Origin: Laetmonice hystrix | Taxonomy: Eukaryota | Direction of reading: 5' to 3' | Assembly (NCBI GenBank): GCA_965235115.1 | Contig: OZ249447.1 | Span: forward strand, 22,320,001 to 22,384,000 | DNA: 64,000 bases | Part shown: piece by piece, positions 46,071 to 58,870 of the stretch | How positions within the stretch are numbered: position 1 is the stretch's first letter | Layout of the letters: every line of letters begins with the position of its first letter | Made by a program: the position numbers and the translations under genes | The notes under the pieces: model-generated | The model's database searches: none | Seen by the model: the letters and a program-made list of their open reading frames with translations, nothing else | Told to the model about the DNA's origin: nothing

Positions 46071-48227
46071 TGATTTGTTTGAAGTTATAGCGAGTGAAAC
46101 GTGTGTTTGATTATGTTAAGCCACAGTGAACACTAACCATCCTTAGATATGCAGCCTGTAGAGATTGACGTTGTTTCAGTATTAAGATTAAGATTAAGAT
46201 TATATCAGGGTTATATGATAGCATGAGACTTACAAGTTAAGAATGTGGATCGGCTGTGTGAGGACGGAGCACTGAATTCATCAACCTGCCTAGATTAATC
46301 AGATTATTAACACACACACTGATGTGAACCCGGTAATATGAAGAGCCAACACTAGCGCCAGATGACACCGCATACCACAGCAGCGGCCTCGCTCGATTTA
46401 CTGGATTAACGGATGACGGCAGACAACCGTCGGCTAATCCTAACTCTGTGCTGGCGGGAGATGTCCCTCCTGGAGCGTGTCAGCGGCCACGGGAGGGTTA
46501 GCTAGCAACTCCAGACCAGACGCTAAATTTTGCGAGGTTGCCTTGTCACACAGCAACTGAAAATATTCATGTTGTGTTTATTCAAGCCATTAGAGGATAA
46601 GTTAGATCCTTCCCGTTATTGACCAAATCTGTTACCGAAACTGCAGTATGACGTAAGATAGCTCCAAGGTATGTCTGAGACGATGTAGAACTTCTCATCT
46701 GAATAAAAAAAGAACAGAAAAAGTATGCGTTGATGATGAAGAGCGTGGACATTGGTATGAGAGACTAGAATGAATGCAGTGGGACGTGAAGGTGGGCGTG
46801 ATTGGATTCTTATACTCAGGTATATTGGTTTGGTGACTGGTGGGAATGATGGATAGCGGCAGCTGGTAGTAAGACTTTAGCCGACGCTGACACATGGGTT
46901 AGATACCCCAGACTTGGCACCCACTGGAGGAGAGAACACCCCGCCTCCATACACACACCAGCCAGTCAGCCGGGAGAAGACGGATAGCTAACACCTTGGG
47001 CACTCTACCTGGTTAGTTACACCAACCACTGAATGGAAGCTGTAAAAAAAACATATAGAGGTTAGTCAGCAAGGGTCGTTAGTTACCGGCTGGCTGGCTG
47101 GTCGGTTGGCTGGTATATGTTGTCTGGCCAGCAGCACCGCTGGCGGCGTGATTGATCGGTGGAGGTTTTTTTTTCAAGTATAACTTCTCCTGGAACCTTC
47201 GTGATATTCCTTTCCTTCCTACGCAACGTTTTTCTTGAGACTTGTTCATTCAGGCTCTCATTGAGGAAAAGTCGGAAAGGAGCGAAAAATGGCTCAAATC
47301 ACCTCCCTTGGTCCTCTCAACTCTCTGTAATAATGAAGTGTACAAAATATTATGATGAAATAGGATTTTTTTCACAACTTTGTAACAATACAAAATAACG
47401 GTGACTGTCAGTACCAATATTTGGGATAAATGTATGATATTGTGGGGACCCCAGCCTACAAAATGGTGACCCATTTTCACCATAGTGACATTTTAAATAA
47501 TGCAGGCAATACATTGCTGTACTTGGCTGTCATTTGGTGATGATCATGCAGTTCTTGTCTATGGCTTTTTGACAGTTTCATACAGAAAGATGACTCATGC
47601 CCAATTACTCCCGTGAATAGTTGAGAAATCAATGCAAATCACCCAAATCACGCCAAATTGTAGCCAATTAAACTTGCTGTATCATCGCGCCTGCTCAGAA
47701 CTGGGATAATGAGAGAGGGAACATGTAAACGGTAGAAAATCGGCCGAGTAAGAAGTGAAGAGTAGCACGGGAAATAGTGGCGGTAATGTGCCCCACCCGG
47801 TCCCCAGTCATAATGATGATTTCAGACCGAATTCAGTCCGAACTAGATGGGTGCTGAACGCGGGTACAGTGGCTGGGTGGTGGGAGTTACTGCACCTGGG
47901 TGAACGAACACTAGCGACATCCAGGTATGTCTCTATCTGCTCTGACTCATCTTTTGTCATATAGAAGGTTTCCATGGGAACGAACACGACACCAACCCCC
48001 CCCCCCTTCCCTCAAACGATCAATGTCTGAAGATGTGCTCTGATGTACTTGTGTCTCGTATGGGAGTCATGTCTCCTAGTCTCTCCGTGTATGTCAAACT
48101 CTTGCCAGGACTCTGTTCCTCAATCACTACACTCATCAGATATTATACAGATTTAGGGGAATAAGATTAAATGGTATGAAATACTTGTTATTCAAAGGAT
48201 GTAATTATAAAACAGTCACATCTGATA

Positions 48228-48434
48228 ACAATAGTGCTGTCAGGTACTCCTGACAATAGTGCTGTCAGGTACTCCCGACCGTAGTGCTGTCGGGTACTCC
48301 TGACAATAGTGCTGTCCGGTACTCCTGACAGTAGTGCTGTGAGGTACTCCTGACAACAGTGCTGTCGAGTACTCCTGACAATAGTGCTGTCAGGTACTCC
48401 CGACAATAGTGCTGTCAGGTACTCCTGACAATAG
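48228..48434. repeat. Minisatellite, 25 bp x ~8
   Basis: Unit ctgacaatagtgctgtcaggtactc, with an internal ctgaca/tgtcag inverted pair. Confidence 0.93.
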
Positions 48435-49579
48435 TAAATGTTGACAGACGGGGAGCAGGAGGGAACGGTCGGGCGGACGAGATCTCATATAGAGACATAT
48501 ATAAGTCATTACGAGAGGCTTTGATCACTATCATAGATTAGCGTACGAATCGGATGTTGTTAAAAGTGTGCAGTGTCTATGACGTAGATCACCGTCAGGT
48601 TCACTGTATACAGATATCTCTATCTCTGCTAACAGTGATGTATATAGCTTGTGGTCACAATGGTAAATGGGAACAAGCTGAAGAGATACAAAAAACGGTG
48701 TACTAATGTCAAACTTGTAACACGACGAGGGCAGAGCTATAGATAGTGGTAATCTATGAGCTTTTACCATCGACTGTGCCATCACACGTTGACAATTAAT
48801 TACTTCACTGCAAGTCGAGCTTCATTAAATAAAACCGACTCCATACAGGTTCTCTGGTAGGGGGGATTTCAAAGGGGGGACCGTATGGTAAGGTACCGAA
48901 GTCCGGGGTCGTGCACTCGGTGACATGAGTACACCAGGCAAGATGCCAGAACACACAACCGTTATATTAGGTGAGCACAATTAGTGCAGCTTTGTCAGTT
49001 CCATGGAGAAAGGCGTGCCTGTAAAACCATCTGTCGGTAATCTTTGTCGTATTGTAGGAGGGGTCAGCAGATTGACATCAGTGTGCTTGTATCAGGGTGG
49101 CAATCTCTATGTGACCCGGAGACTGGGGTAGTCGGACTTTATGTTGAACAGAAACATCGTGTCGGTTGTCGGTACATCATGAATGGCGCTTTTTGTAGAA
49201 TCTATAAGAAACATTCAGACTGACCGTTAGTATTCAAAATTGTCAGTGAATTAATGAATACGGGCAAAACTCAGGTATTACTAGGACTTAATACTAATCA
49301 AATATAAAGAAGAAAAAATATACGTTTTCAGGTAGATGTGGACGCTTTCCTTTGAATTTCCTGTAATAAATTTAGAGTTTAATCTTTAGTGCTAATCACG
49401 GTCACTTAAAGGTGGATATAGTTGCTTGCACATGTAGGAGTTTTTTCTTGTTACTGCCACAATGGAATTCGCCTCAAGAAAGAAAAGAGATATGATAGTA
49501 AGAAAAAGAAAAAAACTCAAAGCAGTTGAATGATGGGTTGTGACATGTTAATGACGGTTTGTTGATGCCCTGTCAGTGA

Positions 49580-52100
49580 AGTGTTGACAGGCCACTTCAG
49601 CAATGTCTGGCGCCTGTCACCGAGGCAGCAGCAGAAGCTGCCACTCGTGGAAGATGTTCAGGAGATACCTTTGAATGCTGAGAACGCCAATAAAAACACC
49701 ACCCAAAAAAACGTTGATGAAGTCGTGTTGCCGAAGCCCTTTGTGGAGCGACTGTTGTATTGAAGTTGGCATGTTGACAGCAACAGTTGATTAAAATGGC
49801 GGGTCGGACTGTTGACCTTTCGTACGTGTTGGTTACACCTTCGACCAGATCAGTGAATGGGAAATGTATCAGCATCAAAGGGTAGAACACTAATGTCAAC
49901 CGAGGTAAGATCGATGCTGGCCCTGGTTTTTGTCCAATCTTCAAATAAAAGGAAATTAAAGGATGCAGTTGTGTATGTACACCAGTCAAGGTCTGTGCAA
50001 ATAACCGGGCAAGTAAGCCTTGACAAATGTAAATTTGATTTATTTTTGTTATCCAATCTGTCCGCCTCAACATGTGTATGGGAACCCGAAGGCCTTGAGG
50101 GTCCTAATACAGGGGTAGAGATAAAAATAACATTCATCCTTTAGGTGAACGTGATGTTCCTTTAATGACATCATTATAAAGGTTGAGCAGACACACCTTC
50201 AATAACAACAGAAAGAAGTGGGCGAGTTTGTTCTGTGCTATTCCTAAGATATTGACCAAACTTTTATAGAAGCAGTTTGAATGGCAGCGTTCGCATCACT
50301 CTGTCGGCAGGCTTGCTTCACATCAACGAGAATTAACCAAGTTTGGTTGAAAGATGTGAGCAGGCACTCCAATACAGCATTGCCTATGGCATGATAAGGA
50401 TAAACTTTATGGGATTGGCAGTGCTGCGCTTCAAACGTCACCGACAGCGCCGTAATTTATGGCGGGAAACAGCAGATTGGCAGACGGCAAGACGCATTAC
50501 TTTCATCATGTCTCGAACCATCACTGGAAATTCCATCAAGTTCACAGATCCCTTTACAGATGAGCTTGCCTCGGCAAAGATGCGGGGAATTAGACCGAAG
50601 ATGTACGTGAAATGGATAAAAAAAAAAAGCACTCCCTGCGGCAGGAAGTGGAGTAAATTGTCCAGCGGATATGTTTGCATGTTATTCCCAGCACAAGCCT
50701 CTGCCCTGATGGGAATGAGGCTCATTTGTTAAAACACATCCTTAGGCCGGCAACGGTTGTGATCAGCTCTAATCTATATCTTCCACAATCTGTATCATCC
50801 GCATGGATTTGTCCCGCAAAGCGCGATTTTTCCCCGTCCTCGAGGCTCGCTAGAGATACATTACTGATGTATTTCTGTGTAAAGCACCAAGAATAGATGT
50901 TGTACGATCATTAGTAGTATAGGACTGCGTGTAAGGGTTGCCAGCGTGGTCGATGTAGCCCTTACTGAGATGACTAGACTGACTCTTGTCTTCTCATTTG
51001 TTGTTTGCGATCAACCAGTCTCACATGGTACTTTTAACGTTTTTCTAGTTTCCAAATTTTCATTTGGAAAGTGCAGCTATGGCCAAGACTCTCGAGCTAC
51101 CTCGAGTAGAATGAGAAGGGGCGATCTCAAAACAGGACATTCGTATTAAAGGAATGGGCAACAGAAGTACAACATAGATGACTGTTGGTCAACAGGAACA
51201 TAGCAGCTCCGAGTTAAAGGTCTTTGGCAAAGCAGCGATCATTTTCAGCATATCTGTATATTTGGTTTTGCTGTCGTTGCCATAACAAAGACTCGAAATG
51301 GGCAAGTGTCTGGTTCAAGCGGCCAGAATACCGACATGAAAGGTTGCTCTATATTAACATGCTTAGTGCCTGTGTTGATGATGGCGGCTTGCCCAGCCTT
51401 GCGTCTGTTCGGGCCAACCAAACCCATCAAAGGATCAACCCTGATCTGACATCAAAGGAAACGGCGCGGTGCCCCGGTCTGTTGTCCAGATCTGTGGGGA
51501 GTCAGAGCCCCCATCTCTGCTGACCCATCGCTGTGTTCACTCATCATCTGAATGAATGTGTCTATCGTAGATCAGGGTGCCGCCTGATGTTCTGAGCAGG
51601 ATGTACTAGGTGAGTCCAGAGGATTTGGTGTCTGTGGGCAATCAGAGACCTGCGTACAACCAAAGGGGTCTTGGTAGTGGGTAGCTGTTTGAAACCAGAA
51701 GGTCCATGGGCCTTAACAAGATTGAGATCTTAAGGGGCAGATGATGAAGTAAACACTGGGATCTTTTGGGCTTTTATACAGAAAAAAAACCTCTACATTT
51801 TGTGTCGCTTCTGGTCTGGTGCAGGGCCATCTTGAACAACAGACTCAGCGCCAGCCAGCCAGAGCCCGAACTCCACCCATCTTGGTAAAATCACATTTCC
51901 ACCCTTCTGCTCTCTATGGCCAAATTGAGCAGCAAACCAGGTTACTGGAGCGTCATAGAGTCTTAGGCATTCCATCCATCTACACCATGCGGGCGCAGGC
52001 ACCTCGAGCGGGCTCCGCGGGCACCCTTGACTTCATCTACTCCAACGCCTGCACCCTCTTGGCCTGCTGACTTAGCTTCAGCTACAGGTCAGCATACTGA
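49580..52100 (-). mobile_element. Decayed Ngaro-like DIRS-order relic (gag, RT, RNase H, partial YR)
   Basis: AWCRWMECLRLY (gag-like), EQPF..PFRVFVMATTAKPN, TYPLDNLL (like HYLDDFL), WITKINQ..LLARLF (RH-like), SPEHLPRVAASAAASVTG (like SGHSFRIGAA.AAA.G). The YR part is too short, so it is either internally deleted or mis-assigned. Confidence 0.4.
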
Positions 52101-54399
52101 ATGCAGATCACATTGTAAGTGGGTGGAAAAGGGACACTTAAACAAATGTTGCAAATGCCGGAGACGACGAAAACGTTTGTCTTCTTTCGCGTATCTATAC
52201 GTTCACTGTATTCACTCGCCAACATATATGTTTTAATTTGTTGTTAGTATTTTTTTGGTCATTTTTCAATGCCCTTCATCTGACCGTGATCCGTCGCCGA
52301 TCTGTGTTTTATTGCGTGCCAGCGGATAGCGCCTTCGCCTCCCCCTTGGCACAGAGATTGTGTCTTTATCTTCGCAACCTGTCAGAAAGGTCCATGATGG
52401 CAACGTGACTTTGGTCGAACAGCTGCCATCAACATGGGATTTATGGAAAGCCTGTCCTGAAAGCACTATTAAAGATTAATTCTTGAGTAGATCTACTCGT
52501 AAAGGTCATACCATATTGATGTATCCTGCTCCTGCAATGTTTACATCAAATGAATGTTTTCTGCTCACTCCCCCTGATTTCTCTCGTTTCCTCAAGTCTG
52601 ACGTTTGAGGAGTAACCGTTCTTCTATCAAAGCCAAGGATAGAGGCTGGCGGAAGTGAATTCAAGGCAAGGCGATTTCTTGTGAGCAAAAGCTCTGATCG
52701 CCTTTAATGCGGGAGACATCAAAGGCTCATTAATAAGACAATGGGTGCTGTACAACAATGAGTGATCGGGGATGGCGGAGGGAGGAGATAGAGGAGAGGA
52801 GGAGGAGAAGAAGAAGGAGGAGGATGGCGTGGTTTGATCCCGCTCATCTCGGGGTGTCACCTGGCTATGAATCATCGGCCGCCGACCGGCCGCGCCCGCC
52901 TGCTTCTTCTGCTTCACCGTGTCAGATCAGTTAGACCTGCCATGCTCCTCCCAGATCCTTGTCAAGTGTGATTTCACAAATTACATGCCAAGGTGAGAAA
53001 AATGGCGAGAGGGCTCGCAGGCAGTGACACAGCTGGTGTGGAGGGCGAGGGATTAATGGAGGTACGGCTGACAGGACGCCGCCACTGGAGGACGCCAGCA
53101 GCACCGTGCTGGAGGAAAGCACCACCCTGGAGACCCTTCCTCCAGTCTCACACGTCAATATGAAGTCAGAAAGGTCCGAGCGCTCTCAATAAATGATCAG
53201 CCCATCGGTTGTTTCTGTAAATGTAAACGTCTGACACTGATGTATTAGTGTTGGTGGGTACGTGTATGATGAGAACGCATGACCTCGGATGTTGTCAGGC
53301 CAGCGCTGGGAGAAACCGGAGGATTCTGCTGCTAGCATACGAACTGGTTGGTGTATCGATGGAATATTGGACGGACCACCACATAGTTCTCAAATACTGA
53401 CATTACACGTAGCGGGCACGTGTAACTGTATGCCTGCTTCGTTGGTTTTCTGAAGAGCCTTGTTTGAAGCATTTGCCTTGTCGGTTTAGTGACTTAGTGT
53501 ACAACTAGGATAATGGACAGGGCCAAGGCCACTAAAACATACATGAACAGTAGTTTATTAGAAGTGAACTCCATTAAGGCAGCAGCGTACACTCTGCTAT
53601 CAGGTTTAACATGTTAATTCAGTACAGGAGGTTTTAGTCTGGCCACTGTCGCATAACGTGTATGTAGAGAATAGATTTACGTCTGTTTTCTGAAGGGAAA
53701 GTTTTTGTTGTTGTTGTTGATCCCAGTGGGATATTTATGCATGTAGTCACTTGTTTATTCAATATGGAATGCTGGTTTCAATGAAAAATATAATTTTTAC
53801 CATGGACTATCTTGTCCTGTTGGTTTGTCTGCCACGGACGGCCGTACTGTCAAACAGTGATTACAATACAATCGAGCAGCTATCCTGGGTCTGAAGGAAG
53901 ACAGTGGACAGGGCATGATTTACAAGTATCGGGTATGTAGTAGATGTAGTAGATGTATCACACCACCAGTGAAGAGATCATTATGACAGATTGACATGAC
54001 AACCTTCATCATACTACAAGTTGACACGAGATGAATTCGTTGAGTGACAGTCCCTGAGCTCCGAGTCTTGACAAGAACATGTTTCCTCAAGCGTACAGTA
54101 GGGTCGATAGTAGCATGGTCGGCAGAGCTCCCTGGGTTAATACTCACTGCGAACAGAGCTACTGTATCTAGGGGTCTCCATCAGTCGGCCCCTGTTCTCA
54201 TGTCATAAGGGACTTGTCTAAATGCATGCAGCTCATTTTACTTAGCTTCACCACAATATACGGTTTCACAGTTAGGATGACGGCAAAAACCCCGCGTAAA
54301 GATAGGAAGCAAAACCTCACGCAGGCTCAGGTCGCCAACCTAACGCAGGATAACATGAAGATTTGCCAAATAGAAAACGAGAGTGAAATGAAAAAAAGG

Positions 54400-56300
54400 G
54401 AATGTTTTGATGGCGGTTGTAGATAGTCCTCCGACCTCGGCGGGGTTGTGGTCGTGTATCACAGCAGTCATGAGATACCAAACATGATGAAACGTGGAGG
54501 TTTTCCCCACAGAACTCTCCAGGCTGAAGCGCCCAGGGCTGGCGTTACCAGAGCTAAGCTCCCTGAGCTACGCTGACGAGAGAGCAGAGCATGGTGTGGG
54601 TAGAGCTGCCTCGACCAGCCTCTTCTGATGGGCCTTCCTGAGAACTTCCACACACACAATTAACACATTAAAAACGCATCTGATTGTGTACAAGCTGTGC
54701 AGTGGAGAAGTCAGTCTGTTCCACCCGACTTCCTACAGGTATTGGAGGTGGTACATCTTGTGGACCACCCCGGTAGAAAAAGGCCTGAGACGGAGGTTCC
54801 CAGGATGAAAAGACACGCCCTGTCCAGGTGGCCTGGTGGAAAACCACTTTTTTATAGTCATCGAAACTAATTGAAACTAAGAGTCTGATCGTGAAGTCTG
54901 GTTCCAATTTGCCAGCAGTCTTGAGGTTGTGCTGATGTGCCGTATCCGACTTGGCGGCGGTATGTGTGGTATTGGGGAGCTGGTGGAACAGATAGAGCAG
55001 GAGGCAGGAGGAGGCAGGAGGCGGAGGGGTTGGAACATCTAACTCCTGCCGGGAGGCATTGTCGCCTGGAGGAACCAGGAGGAAGAAACAAGCTCAATTC
55101 AATCAGCATGTTCATCTCCGTGTGAAACAACTCATGCCAGTAATCTCATCGCGGCCCATGAAAAGATGCTCACTCTCACAGAACACTTTAAAGTTCCGTT
55201 TTTTCCCCACCAATTTACGGCAAGGACCAGTGAGTTTTGGTGCTAAATCTCCAAAGAATGCTCGGTCTCTTCTACGTGCACGAGCGAAAAAAAGAGAATG
55301 CAATTACAAATTTCATGCTGGGTGTTTATCAGTTGATAAACAGTGGCAGATAAGGATGGTTCTATGGTGGAAGTGTTTAACACGCTTACACATGATACCC
55401 ATTTCAGCATCAATATGTTCATTTAAGCAGAAATCCCATGCGCATGGATTCTTTTGAAAAGCATAGTGAAAAAGGGATAATTGAGGAAGCTGGAGTGGGC
55501 ATATGTTGATTAGGCAGGGATGAATACCTTTACAAACCCTGGCGGCAGCTTCGCTTACAGTCGCCAAGCTCAAGATGACAAAGCAGTGAATCAGGTGAAT
55601 TAGATACGGCGGCCTCAATGATGCTGGCTAGGTTCTGGTGGAGAATATCTTCTATAGGATCTTATTCTTATTATCTATTATGTCTATCTATTTCTGTTCC
55701 AACTGCGTGTAAACCTTTCAGTCATATATTAGGGGTACCAACTACAGATTAGCACCAATGTTTCAACCTTTCAGTCATATATTAGGGGTACCAACTACAG
55801 ATTAGCACCAATGTTTCAACCTTTCAGTCATATATTAGGGGTACCAACTACAGATTAGCACCAATGTTTCAACCTTTCAGTCATATATTAGGGGTACCAA
55901 CTACAGATTAGCACCAATGTTTCAACCTTTCAGTCATATATTAGGGGTACCAACTACAGATTAGCACCAATGTTTCAACCTTTCAGTCATATATTAGGGG
56001 TACCAACTACAGATTAGCACCAATGTTTCAACCTTTCAGTCATATATTAGGGGTACCAACTACAGATTAGCACCAATGTTTCAACCTTTCAGTCATATAT
56101 TAGGGGTACCAACTACAGATTAGCACCAATGTTTCAACCTTTCAGTCATATATTAGGGGTACCAACTACAGATTAGCACCAATGTTTCAACCTTTCAGTC
56201 ATATATTAGGGGTACCAACTACAGCACCAATGTTTCACCCAGGATTGGATAGAATAATAGGCAGGGGAAAGATTATAACTCTCCTTGAATTACTGTGTGA
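54400..56300 (-). mobile_element. Decayed CR1-like LINE endonuclease/linker remnant
   Basis: ETLVLICSWYP (like ICS.YRPP), LELGDCK (like LGDFN), LPNQHMPTPASSII, ASAWRVL. Weak, by-eye evidence. Confidence 0.3.
55712..56237. repeat. Minisatellite, 53 bp x ~10, near-identical copies
   Basis: Unit aacctttcagtcatatattaggggtaccaactacagattagcaccaatgtttc; the last copy has a 5 bp deletion. Confidence 0.98.
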
Positions 56301-57249
56301 GGCGACAGGAGATAATTTATTAATCTTTCAGTTTTTATACTGAGGAATTAACATCGTCAGGTAATACTTCATGTCGTGGGTACACAGTCAGAAACACGAC
56401 ATTATGTCGAACAGAATAAAACGAGACAAGTGATCGTTGGTCGATGACCGTTCCCTCGGAATCTCCCCTAAGTGGCTAAAGATAATTCCTAGAACCATCT
56501 CATCAATCAATTAGGTGGTTATCAGTCACTGGGTGTGGCCTTGGCTGGATGGTATTGTGTCTAACGGGAACGTTTGACATGCCACATTACACAATATCCT
56601 CCATAACATGATGCACTTGATTGCCAAACAGATGTTAGTATGGAACATGCACTTGATTGCCAAACAGATGTTAGTATGGTTGTCGTGTTATTACGGCAGG
56701 GAATGCCGACCACACGTATGGTATGAATGTTGATGGCATTACCTTCACAATCTCATACTCGCGACTACTCGTTAACGTACGACTCAGAGCTTGGCAACGA
56801 ATCAAACCTTGCTGTAGAGGTTTTCCGCTCGCACATGCTCTCACTGACAACTAAAAGTTCATATCTAATTCAACTAGGAGTGTCGATAACTGGGTTGGTA
56901 AAGGTCACACGTTTAGAACTCTACTGAACGGAAGTACAGCTGTCATTCTGCAGGTTTTGTAGTCCCCAGGACTATTGAACTTGTTGTGAAACACTGAAGG
57001 TACGAGTACAATGAGAACACTTGTCTCTCGCTGTACTTCCCTTCACTTCACAACAGCTGTTGTGGGTTTGGTGTATTTATTTGGATGTCGGGTCTATTGT
57101 AGTTGGGTTCCTTGAAGCCTCAGATGTGTTGTTACTAATGTTGGCTTGCTGAAGTCGCCTCTGTACTCTGGCCAGAATGCGGAGCGAACTGTTAGGAATG
57201 ATGACTGATGGAGAAGGTGATGAAAACAATGCGGAGGCAGGCAGAGAGA

Positions 57250-58870
57250 CCACCCAACTTGACAGGTCGCTTTGATGTCCTCTTAAATGAAACCTTAGAT
57301 AGCTTTCTGGGCAATCTCTCACTTCTGTGGGTCTGATTTAACGTGAAGCCAAGGTGTGGAGTGTGTCTGGCCCGGTGACAGGTCACACTTGCCTGGCTCC
57401 GGGGTGCTCAGGATTGACGTACGGGTGACGCGGCCGGGAGACCCACAATACGTCATTACCCTCCTGTCGCTGTTGTCAATGTCACGCCCTCTGACGGCGT
57501 CACACTCAGGGCCAACATTATGCGCAGATTTGATGGCAGTAGGTTTAATGGAAGCGAAGGTCTCATTGAGATATCTCACAAAAGCGTGGAGCTATTTTAT
57601 GAATTTGTTGCTAGTCGTTATAAATTAGGAACTCGCTTTGTACTCAAAATACAGGTGAAGTCGTCTAGGACTGTCAGGTGACAACTTTAATCTTTTTACG
57701 ATTCTTACCACTTCTTTTTCTTCACTTCTATATGTTTTTATGCCATTTTTAGTCAGGAATTCGTTGGAAGGTTTCCACAAGAACGCCGAACTCATTTTAA
57801 AAGGTAATTTGATCAGATCATGATGCCTGGGTAACTGAAACCCTTTGATTACTCTATGAGATTTTGAAGAACGTGTTAGAGCCCACCGATAGCTCAAGGT
57901 GGCAGTTTCCTTACGCTATCAGATTTTAAAGAACGTGTTAGAGCCCACCGATAGCTCAAGGTAGCAGTTTCCTTACGCTATCAGATTTTGAAGAACGTGT
58001 TAGAGCCCACCGATAGCTCAAGGTAGCAGTTTCCTTACTCTATCAGATTTTGAAGAACGTGTTAGAGCCCACCGATAGCTCAAGGTAGCAGTTTCCTAAG
58101 TGAATTAAAATCATTCTCTGAGGTGATGTCCATACTAATAAACACAAAGTTGGCACCTACGGTATGTTCTATGTTAATCGACCATGATATAGTCAGACTT
58201 GAGGCGACCGTTGTGTGTGGAACGTTCTGGAAAAAATCACATCCACGGTGATGTCGTGACGAAGATGAAGGGACGGGATGAGAAATCGTCTGTTTAACTG
58301 TCGTTTATTAGGTTACTGACACAGCCGATAGCAGCAACATGGCAGCCTAGAAACTCTTGGTCATGTTGAGTGTGTAATCTAACGACAAGTTGGCATGAAA
58401 AGTTAGGCTCCATAACGGATCATCACCGGTTTCCTTCACGGGATGTCTGATTAATTATGACCATAATTGATAAACGGTGATAAATTGCTGTCCTGATTTT
58501 GAAATGGCAGCAGATAAATGACCGGTGGGTAGACTGACGTGGGCATGGCGACTGACGGGTCCCGGGATGGGACAGTTGTTCTGGGGGGTGGGGTGGGGTG
58601 GGGGAGGAGGGGGGGGGGGGGGGGGTAGGCGCCATGGAATCAAAGATCATCCTGGAGATTAGCCTTCTATCCTTCCTATCTGCCTGTTGATCCTCGTCTC
58701 CAGTGGGCGATGGCGGGGTGAAATTAGTGCCGACCGCCGCTGAATTCCCAGGGTAATCTACATTTAATTTCCATGTCTCAAAGTGCCGACGTTTGGGGCG
58801 GGGTGCCATGCGCGGCCATGGTATATTTAAACCCCAACTCATCATGAACGGCAGAATTGAAGTCATGGGA
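57250..58870 (-). mobile_element. Decayed R4/Dong-like (RLE-type) non-LTR retrotransposon RT
   Basis: RMAPRPKRRHFETWKL (like KAPGPD.IH.FWWK.L), RSFICCHFKIRTAIY..TSREGNR (like RPITCL...YK.LT.I...EQKG.R), KNGIKTYRSEEKEV (like MDDIKLYA.NE.EL), RYLNETFASIKPTAI and RDIDNSDRRVMTYCG (like K..LN..NKI.AIN, .IDR.TRK.MT.HG). Confidence 0.5.
57859..58097. repeat. Tandem repeat, 62 bp x ~3.8, inside the R4-like remnant
   Basis: Unit ttttgaagaacgtgttagagcccaccgatagctcaaggtagcagtttccttacgctatcaga. Confidence 0.93.
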
